DNA of 41,935 nt from contig JAVECO010000191.1 of assembly GCA_051942205.1 (NCBI GenBank), forward strand, positions 1-41,935. The letters run 5' to 3'. Position 1 is the stretch's first letter. Every line of letters starts with the position of its first letter. The position numbers were made by a program, and so were the translations under genes. This document shows positions 33,398-41,935 of the stretch, in pieces. Source of the stretch: Coniocarpon cinnabarinum. Lineage: Eukaryota. Under the pieces are notes generated by a model. That model worked only from the letters and a program-made list of their open reading frames with translations, was not told the origin of the DNA and made no database searches.

Positions 33398-34180
33398 AAC
33401 GTTCCTTCAGGACGACGTTCCTTCAGGACAACGCTCCTTCACTCAGGATAATACCAACTTGGGAAGTTCTCAACTAGAAAGATCTCAACTAGAAAGTTCT
33501 CAACTAGAAAGCTCTCAACTAGAAAGATCTCGAATCTGGAGTGAAATGATATCTAGAGTGGAATGATATCTAGAGTGGAAAGATTTCAGTTAAGCATTAT
33601 GTAAACTCGAAAATAATGTAAAATCTAGAACGATACTATTACGCATGACTTCATTGCGGAGGACATGTGATACATCCGAGTGCGTCATCTACATCTTGCA
33701 ATAACATCGCTCGATAACATCACTCGATATCACGACATCACGATATCACAATATGAATGTTCGTCAATGCTCGTCACTGTTTAAGCAGTATCAAACTCGC
33801 ATCCATATTACAATCATATTATCGGTTCTCAAATCCAGCGCCTATCTAGATCCAGCGCCTATCCAGATCCAGCTATCCAGATCTAGCACCTATCCAGATC
33901 TAAGGTCTATTTAATAGGCTTTACTTGATTTGTCATCGTCAGGTGGCTGACTTTGGAATTGGCTCAATATCGGAGACGCATATCGGAGACGCATACATCA
34001 CTGATGCGACTTACTATTCGGGACATGACTTTACTCATAGTACATAGTTCATGTCTTTGGTTGACGTCTTTAGTTGACGTTTTTAGTTGACGTCTTTGGT
34101 TAACGTCTTTAGTTGACGTTTTAGTCGACATCTTTAGTCGACGTCTTTGGTTAACGTCTTTAGTCGACGTCTTGAACGTC
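33398..34180. repeat. Patchwork of short tandem repeats between convergent genes
   Basis: 16-bp acgttccttcaggac(g/a) x~3 (33398-33441); 15-bp ctcaactagaaag(n)t x4 (33455-33531); 17-bp atctagagtggaatgat x3 (33534-33583); 17-bp atccagcgcctatccag x~4 (33833-33901); 13-bp atatcggagacgc x2 (33967-33993); 12-bp gttgacgtcttta-type x~9 (34051-34180). Confidence 0.85.
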
Positions 34181-34419
34181 AAATTCTCATTTGGGTACGG
34201 TATCGGACTTGAGTCACTTGCGTCTTAGCTATGGCGCTTAATAAGCTTCGCTCATGGCTTTGTTTCTATGCCTTTTCTCTCTCCCTCTTTCCTCTCCTTT
34301 TCTCTCTCCCTTTTTTCACTCCCTCTTTTCGGCCTCGCAACGTCAGGTCGGACAGTGCAGCTCCCCGCTTGAGCGTGAGATTCATTCTTTTAACGGAATA
34401 CTGAATTTTGGATGAAACA

Positions 34420-36056
34420 TTAGAGTTTGGGCGGGTTGAGTGACCCCGGTCCGAATGATAGTGGCAATAGCTTGGGCACATTAGCTGTCGCTCATCTCTT
34501 TCGGGCGGAGAAAGCGAAATGGGAATATTAGAATGCAGATCATGGAATGGAGATCGTGTATGAAAGTCTGATGCATGGTTTGGAGTAGAGGAGACGTACC
34601 TGGCCTAGTGTTCTGACGATGTATTTGCCGCGTGCGTCAAACATATAGATGGGCGTGTCAAGCTATGCATGAACGGATTAGCCTCTGCTTCTCGCTAGCC
34701 AGGTCGATCTTGCAACTGAGATTGATGTCGTCTGACTAATGCGGGTCTCCCTTGTGTGAGAATCGTTGTGGATAACGGACCCGTGGTTGATGTGTGGCGT
34801 GTGCCGCGGGTGCTGCAAGAACAACAACATAGAAGACATGCAATGGCCGCGCTCAAGAATGTATACACATGTTGCGCGCAGTGGCCCAAATTTGAAGAAG
34901 TAGGAAGTTAGGCTTACCTCACAGAATTCGCGGAGAGCTTGTCGACAATTGCCACATGGCGAACAAAAGCCCTCGATATTCTCTTCCTCCTTCTCCACTT
35001 CCTCCTGGTCCTCCTCACCATCCTCACTCTCCTCAGCCTCCTCACTCACTTCCTCCCTACTCTTCGGCACCCAGATTCCACCATCTGCACCAGTGGAAAC
35101 AGTCACATCATCCCAACTCCCATCCAAACCGGCGTCACGCACCGGCTTGGACCCCACGTCTCTGGGCTTCGGCACCCATACACCACCCGGCTCACTGCTG
35201 GAAACAATGGCACTCTGTCCAACGGCCTCACCGGCACCGCCCTTGCCGACTCGATCCGTCGCTACGCCCACAGCCTTGAAGTCTTTGACACCTGCACTCG
35301 CTATCGCGGTTCCGAGTGCTACACGCTCGGCGCAGGTGCCAGTCGGGAAGGCGACGTTTTCGACGTTCGAACCGGTGATGATGTAGCCTGTTTTGGTGAG
35401 GAGGGCAGCGCCGACGCGGAAGTGGGAGTGGGGACCTTGGTTGGTCTGTCAGTTGAGCGAGACTTTAGGGTCCTTGATGATTTGCGTGCTGGTTGTTGAT
35501 CCTGCTATTGTGAGAGGCGATGGAGGACTTATCGGGAGTGAGGAATAACAGGGAGGAGGGGAGAGAGAAGATGGGAGTGGAAGAGAGGAACGAAGAATAG
35601 GAGGGGACGGAGGATGGAGCGGAACAGGCACAGAAGCAGGGGAGAGCGCGTGATGACAGAACGGAGATGTTCAAGCTGTGTCAACAAGATGTGTGAAGAC
35701 GGATGAACGCAGCGAGCGATAGCACCGAGCTCCCAGTACGTATGAAGAGCCGTATAGGCAAGCCACGATATAGACCATAGGTACGAAACCTTAAGAGCAG
35801 CACAGTCTGTGCCAGAATGTACTCAAGACTTTTGAGACTGGAGCATGTCGAAATGAAGGAAGGACAAGGAACCACGTCAGGAAAACTTTCAAGAGAAACA
35901 AGAAGAGAAATATTACTTACAATACGCTCGATCTCGCGCTTGCAATGCAAAGTCACGCAGTGCCGTGACCTCTTTATTTGTATCGCCGAAGCCGGGACAC
36001 GGAGGGAAGTTTTCGACATTCATGAAAGAGGCTCCAGTTTGCCTGGAACCTGGCAT
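34420..36056 (-). CDS. CDD1: Cytidine deaminase (homotetrameric Cdd1 type), divergent, with a large acidic insertion
   Basis: Exons 36056-35921 (..ARDRAY), 35435-34918 (CPHSHFRVGAALL..GSNVENVAFPTGTCAER..SPCGNCRQALREFCE), 34662-34600 (LDTPIYMFD..TLGQ) and 34470-34420 (LLPLSFGPGSL..*). The Zn-binding CAE and PCxxC motifs are intact. Confidence 0.85.
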
Positions 36057-36570
36057 TTTCGCTGCACTTGTGTGAAAGAGGTAGTAGAAGTGCCAAGTGT
36101 AGTGTGCAGATAGGTTAAGGTAGGGAAGCACAATCAACCCGAATATGGTGGATTCGTAGCAGGTTACTGTCAGTAATGGTGTTGGACAAGGGAGGTTGAG
36201 GTATGTCAGATGACATGAGTACGGGCGGTGTGTTCTTGGATCTACATCTCTCAGTACATAAACGAGAGGGATTATTGTGGCACCCTTCAGCTGGAATGAG
36301 AGATGCGTCACAGGCATCTTACGAGAAAGCTGTTCAGGAAAGCGGCGTCAACATAATGAGATGCTCAGTTCAGTGGATATCTAATATACAACACGTAAGA
36401 CCTCAGTCTAGGGAACGACAAACGCAACATAGCGTTTTCACAATATCGCGAGACACTCATGACTCCGCTTACAATGATGCAAACCCTAACAGAGCACCTC
36501 ACACATCAACATCACAACATGATCTTATCGTCGTTTCATCATGATGCCACAACATGCCCATCAGAGACAA

Positions 36571-38161
36571 TCACTCAAACTCCCACCACGGCTTCTCGCC
36601 CGGGGTCTTGCGTCCGCCCATTCCATCACCGCTAATCTGAATGCCCTTATGCTTCTTATCAGTGTTGGTGTTGGTTGGACTCTCATCGTACATGGCCCAG
36701 TTCGCCTCCATGGTCTTGGCTACCTTTTTCCTGGCCTCTGGCGCATTATGTCCAGGCACGTTTTCATTTGAGCCCTTTGTTGGACTCTCATCCGTCATTT
36801 CCCACTGACTTGAAAAGTTCTTCTTGTGGCCCTGAGCGTTCACATTCGTGATGTTGCCGAGTGGCATCTTGTCATCGGCTTGCGGACCAGCGGTCGTCTC
36901 GATGCTGTTTACCGCTGACTTTTCAGGGTCGCCTGGGTTGACGTGATCTTCGTAAAGTCCTTCACGGCCGGCTTGCGGTCGAACGCGCTCGCTGCGTCCT
37001 GGACCAGTCGGCGTGGGGGCATCGTCGAATTCAAAATGAGGCTCAGCATCCTTTCGGGGCTGTGGCTTAGCCTGTCGGTGTTGCTCCTGATCCTGCTCCT
37101 GTTTCATCCAGTCGATCTGAGTCTCTGCCCCAGGGTTCGCACGTGGACGCGGCTTGTGCGGCGTGACAAAGTCTTCAAAGTTCCACTGACTCATATGTTT
37201 GCTGCGTCGATTCTCTGATTTGACATTCAAAGGTGTCTCGCCAAACTCAAAGTGGTCGTATTTCTTGGGGTTGGCCTTGCGCTGGCGCTCAGGCGACGCA
37301 GGATCACTGGGGGAAAGTGGTGTCTGATCAAACAGGCGGGGCTCTTGATAGGCCTTGCCGGCGCCGGCCTTTAGAGGGTTGCGCTTGGTCGGAGACAGAG
37401 ATCGCTCAGGGGGCAGATCAATACCGTCGCTAAAAAGCTCGGAGGGGTCTCTCTGGGGTGGCCGAGCCGATGCGCGTGGAGCAATGGGATTGGCGGGTGA
37501 CTCTTCCCGCTCGAAGCTGCGGGGAGAGAAGAGCTGGATGTTGGTCTGCGAATTGGCACCACCGCCTCTTGACTCCTGGCGGCCCTGACGTTCATCATTA
37601 ATGGAAACACCGTTCATGACGCTGCTCAGCGAATCGTCAATCGATGTGGTGAGTGTGCGGATCTGATCTTTGCCGTCGCTCAACGGCCAGTTCTTGCCTC
37701 GAGAACCGACCACGTCTACAGATTTGAGAAGTGAGCCCTGGTCCCACATGAGACGAATCTGCTGGATCTTCTGGTTCTTGTCGAATACAACAACATGGAT
37801 CTACAGAGTGTCAGCATAGCGTCCCGCATGATCGCGGCCGAGAAAAATAACACACGATTGGCAGAGAGACTGAGCGATCGGCGAGAAAGTTGTCATCCAA
37901 GCCAGGCAGGAATGTGCCTCCTCCGCCCTCGAACTGGAATGTGGTTTCGGTCTCCACGCAGATGGAGTTGGGACCCTCAATCACGTTCAAAAAGTTCTCC
38001 TTCTTCTTGAACTGCTGTTCTTGCGCCGTGTGGTGCTTGAGGATCGCTGCCGGCTCAGTGATCGTCACTGTGGTTGGGATGTAGTGCAGCGAGGCACCCG
38101 GCGCAAGCGCGTCTATGCTTGGACGAGCCAAATACGCCGAGTATTTGTCGCGCAATGCCAT
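36571..38161 (-). CDS. Conserved fungal protein, N-terminal NTF2/SnoaL-like domain plus disordered tail
   Basis: Exon 38161-37856, 55-nt intron 37855-37801 (GTGTGT..GCTGAC..TAG), exon 37800-36571. The join reads GGGTFLPGLDDNFLADRSVSLPI-IHVVVFD..KIQQIRLMWDQGSLLK. Ends GDGMGGRK..WWEFE. Confidence 0.8.
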
Positions 38162-38530
38162 ACTGAATGTGATCGCGTTGTGTCACAGGTGTTCGCTCTG
38201 CAGAGTTCTTGCGATCACAATACAATTTTGTCGATTGCAAAGGCGAAATCAGGAGAGAAGAAACGCGCAAGGACTCGAGGCTTGTTTTGGACGGCGCGGT
38301 TTCACTTGTTTACCCCAGTTACCGCAGCATTGTCACGTGACACATGTAACGTCAATCTCGGCACAGGCAGCCGCACATCCAGGCAACTTCGTTAATTCAC
38401 ATTGTCTATCGCGCAAGTTATTGCTGGTATCTCGGGGAATGAGTCGAATCGCTCGACTCCTCATCGAATTGTCCGTTCCACCAGACTGACCCAAGCTTGT
38501 CTAAAGGCGCGCTTGATAACGCTGTCCAGC

Positions 38531-39211
38531 TCAATGACAGTATGCGAGCACTAAGTCTTTGAGCTTAGTTGCCTTCAAAAGCTCCTCGTACATCTGGTTC
38601 ACCCCTTTGCTGGTGCGAGGCGTCGTAGGAAACGACACTCGACGGAACAGAAGCGACTTCAGCCTGTTTGCGGGATCTTTGTCACTCAACTCAAGCAACC
38701 ATTCGGCCGCCTCACGAAGTATAGTAGCAGCGAAGACGATTGAGTAGCCATTTCGTGCCTCCATCACGATTGTCTTGCCTGCATCTTTTCGAGAATGACA
38801 GATCAAGGTTCGCTGAGTTGGTACTGCCTCCGCACCTTGTACAATAAAGATATAGGACAGAGAGCTCCGAACGTTGGAAGCATAAAACCTGCTTCTAGTA
38901 CCAGTCACGCTATTTTTGGAAGTTTTGCGCTTTCTCAGTGATTTACTGAGGCGGATGTCCGGTATTTTCGAGCTTTGGGGCTTGTCTTTCACTTCGTACA
39001 CGATGCGTCCATTAGCAGTTCGTCTTTGCGAAAACCATTTGTCGATGATGCCGCTCTTCAACAGGCTGATGTATTGATGGCATTGCATGTCTGGTAAGTT
39101 CGAGGTTCGGAGTAACACTTTTTGATTCACAGAGACCAGGATGGCATATTTATCGAGGCCTTCCGCATGCTCAAATATGTCCACACTATGCTGGATGCTA
39201 ACCGGGCTCAT
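38531..39211 (-). CDS. Hypothetical orphan protein (226 aa, basic)
   Basis: ATG-initiated 681-nt uninterrupted ORF with non-repetitive composition and a KSLRKRK basic patch. I recognise no family. Confidence 0.45.
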   Translation of the reverse strand: MSPVSIQHSVDIFEHAEGLDKYAILVSVNQKVLLRTSNLPDMQCHQYISLLKSGIIDKWFSQRRTANGRIVYEVKDKPQSSKIPDIRLSKSLRKRKTSKNSVTGTRSRFYASNVRSSLSYIFIVQGAEAVPTQRTLICHSRKDAGKTIVMEARNGYSIVFAATILREAAEWLLELSDKDPANRLKSLLFRRVSFPTTPRTSKGVNQMYEELLKATKLKDLVLAYCH

Positions 39212-39704
39212 AATGTGTTATCAACCTCCGAATAAAGCGTGCTTAGCGACGAAGTGATTTCAGTGAGGTGATGTGCCTCCGCCTGAGTTTCGCATGGCGA
39301 ATATATAATGCGGACCACATTGTTGACCATTCGGCAGAGTTGGACATCAACTACCGTCGACATTTCGAACGGCCCTATCATTCGACGCCTCGAGACGTAC
39401 GTGCATTTTCTTGATGTCTAATTGAGCATCGCAGCCCGATGAGAATCAGGATCGAAACTTCTAGCGACTATGCAAAGACGTGAGTGGAGCATCTCTTGGA
39501 AGGCAGCTCATCTGAAGGAGCTAGGGTCACCTTCCTCACCGAAGCATGCATCATGCAGGAACGTCGCGAATTTGATTGGTCCATCTCGTGGAACGCATTT
39601 GCTTTCGAACATGGCTGCATGAGAATTGAGGCCGACAACACGGAGCTGGTTATGGTGCTGCTCTAACATAAAAGTGTGCCAAACGATGCTTTACTATCGT
39701 CCAC

Positions 39705-40622
39705 ATGGAACCGCACTCTCCCGCTTCGCTTAGTCTGAAGACCGGCCTTTCTCTTTCGCTCTCGATGGGCAAGTAGACCCCTACATACGTTGGGGGTCTA
39801 TTTTGCCGTAACATATCCCCATTTCTTCACAACAATGTCTTAGTCAACATGGAGAAGAGGATGATGAAGAACTTGCAGGTATTTTGGAACTCGAAAGTGG
39901 GGCTGTTCTCGAAGACTGTGTCGGATTCGAAGACTTTGAAAGCCAACTCAAAGGCTGTGATGTGCCTTCCGAGCCTTTGCTAGATGTGCATACCTGGCAT
40001 CATACTGCAGAATGCCAGAGGACACTAATACCACACATTGAAGCTGATGCTGCCAAGTCCACCACTCAGCGGTCACCACATACTTTCAATGCTTCGCCAG
40101 TTTCTTCATTCTTTTCGACAAGCTCCTCGGGTCTGCCAACGTTAAGTCCTTCATCATCCTCTTCTTTTGCCACTTTTACAGCGAATCCATATTCAAACAA
40201 CATAACAGCTCCTGATGGCAAACCAGCCTTCAACAATGCGATAACGACGTGGTCTCCACGGAATTCTAATGCGTCAAGGTCAGCGATTAATCTTTGCTGT
40301 GACACGCCCTCTTTTTTTTTCTTTCTTTCTTTTTAAAGAGAGATCTGATCTTATGCGCTGAAGTCCGCATGAGCTCATGAGCTGATGAATACACAGCAAG
40401 CACCCGCGCTCGCCAAAGCTGCAGCCACTATCTCGTATGCGGGTCAATTGTCCAGTCCGTGGCTGCAAGAAGCATCAAAGAGCCGACGCTATATACAAAC
40501 ATGTTCGAAAAGACCATCCCAGGTTCCACTCCGGATCTAACCGCAGTATGTCATGGCTGAAGGTCCGCTGGAAGCGTTTTCGAGATAGCCAATGGCAGGA
40601 CTTAAGCGTCTTCAAAGACTGA
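39705..40622 (+). CDS. Putative spliced gene with a single C2H2-like zinc finger
   Basis: Exon 39844-40278 (acidic start, S-rich), intron 40279-40396 (GTCAGC, poly-T, GCTGAT..CAG; phase 2 at both ends), exon 40397-40622 with CPVRGCKKHQRADAIYKHVRKDH. A possible first exon runs from 39705 or 39765 to 39772 and uses a weak GTAGAC donor. Confidence 0.45.
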
Positions 40623-41024
40623 TGGGACCTGCTCATGGGTTAAGGTGAGGCTGTATCTCCGTAACAAAGCGGTGCAATGCATGGGATGCGCGAAGATTCT
40701 GCGCTATCAAGCACGACTGCCGTCATTTGCCCAGATCACATTCAAATGAACGTCGAAGAGCTGAGGTCTGAGGTCACTCTCGCTTACTCCGCTTCGCGTA
40801 CTCTGTTGTTGCAATGACAACTGTCTGTTGTCTCGAGAGGCATCTTGCATGCGTATCTTGAATAGCTGCACAACAGTCACACGCTGAGCTCAAGCTGTTG
40901 CCAAGCCGCTGAAATGCAAAGTCACAAGTCCCAAGGGTTATCATAGATTTGTCGATTCCGGCTATAGCAAGCCAGCATATTGGCGTTAATTAGAAACTAC
41001 TCTCGAGTAGGATGTACGTAACAC

Positions 41025-41325
41025 GCAACTTTACACATACGCTACTTTACCTATTCGCTACTTTACTTATCTGCTACTTTCCCTATTTGCTACTTTCACT
41101 ATTTTCTACTTTATATATTTATCGCTTTACTTATTTACTACTTTACCTATTTACTACTATGCTTATCTACTATGTTACTTATTTACTACTTTATCTATTC
41201 GCTGCTTTACCTATTCACTACTATACCTATACGCTACTTTACCTATACGCTAGTTTATCTACACGCTACTTCACCTACACGCTATTTCGCCTACACGCCA
41301 CCTCACCTTACGCTACCTCACCTCG
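41025..41325. repeat. Degenerate 16-bp minisatellite, ~18 copies (consensus gctactttacctattt / gctacttcacctacac)
   Basis: Units read directly, e.g. gctactttacctattc gctactttacttatct gctactttccctattt ... gctacttcacctacac gctatttcgcctacac. Confidence 0.88.
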
Positions 41326-41935
41326 CGCCTCGCTCAACTTAAGATTCTACTAGCAAACATCGCCTGAATGACCGCTAAGGCCAGTGGTGATCCGCAATCC
41401 TTGTTCGTCCCTAGCTAACACACGTCACTGCGAGCGCCTTTACCAATGCTCGAAGCGCAGAGTCAGCGAGCACGTGTTCATTAGCGCAAAATTCAGTATT
41501 TTAAGTCATTGCCACCTCACCAGGTTGGCCAGTGAGACATAGGCATCGTGAGCTTAGTTACGAGCTTTTTATGACGCGTGTATCAATGAGCTCGCGTCAT
41601 TAGGACGTAATTCAAGCCTCCAAAGCCTTTGCCTCTGTTGTTCCAATTTCCTTCATCGCGTGATGTCGCAAGACATCCATTTCCGCAATCAACCGACTTG
41701 AAAACATGCGTGGATCATGCATTCAAGCTTATCACAAAGGTGCATGGAGGAATTTTCTTATTCTAATCAACACGATAGCAAGATCACGTCCAAAAGAAGC
41801 ATCCCAAGCTAAACTCTGGCCAAGAGATACTTTGAATCGATTCAAGTCAATGAATGAATGTAAGAAACCCAATCCAAACCCGCCACTTCAACGACTCCCT
41901 CTTACCACCCCCAAAGGCTTCGCAAACTCAACAAC

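Noticed and set aside
35436..35920. ncRNA in the 485-nt CDD1 intron
   Set aside because: No H/ACA or C/D architecture seen; the sequence is mostly pyrimidine-rich low complexity.
40066..40502. Minus-strand pseudogene (MFVYSVG... / VSQQRLIADL...)
   Set aside because: It needs a stop read-through and a frameshift. The plus-strand spliced model, with a poly-T intron and zinc finger, is more parsimonious.
41012..41353. Hydrophobic Y/L-rich 113-aa ORF
   Set aside because: Translation of the 16-bp minisatellite.

Overview
Gene-dense eukaryotic DNA from a filamentous ascomycete (Pezizomycotina; GT-AG introns with CTRAY branch sites). It is not bacterial, and I saw no CRISPR array, rRNA, tRNA or intact transposon. 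I reconstructed about 16 protein-coding genes by hand. In order: a partial SAM methyltransferase, TPA1/Ofd1 prolyl hydroxylase, a Sel1-repeat (Dsf2/Nif1-like) protein, the AspRS-DUF2156 fusion ErdS (no ErdH beside it), a questin-oxidase/HypA-family protein, IPA1/UBE3D, ACE1/SltA, a Ded1/Vasa-like DEAD-box helicase, a secreted Vps62-like protein, a Borealin-like protein with an AT-hook, a conserved fungal unknown, an atypical SDR, a divergent cytidine deaminase, an NTF2-like protein and two possible orphans. The strongest unannotated signal is a ~250-nt three-hairpin box H/ACA RNA inside the 458-nt IPA1 intron. Its first pocket is complementary to the U2 snRNA branch-point-recognition region (snR81-like Psi42 guide). 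Other points of note are three weak, in-frame, stop-free introns in ACE1/SltA, a ~97-aa acidic insertion in the cytidine deaminase, a decayed tandem copy of the IPA1 3' end, and several minisatellite patches. Exon boundaries are manual predictions.
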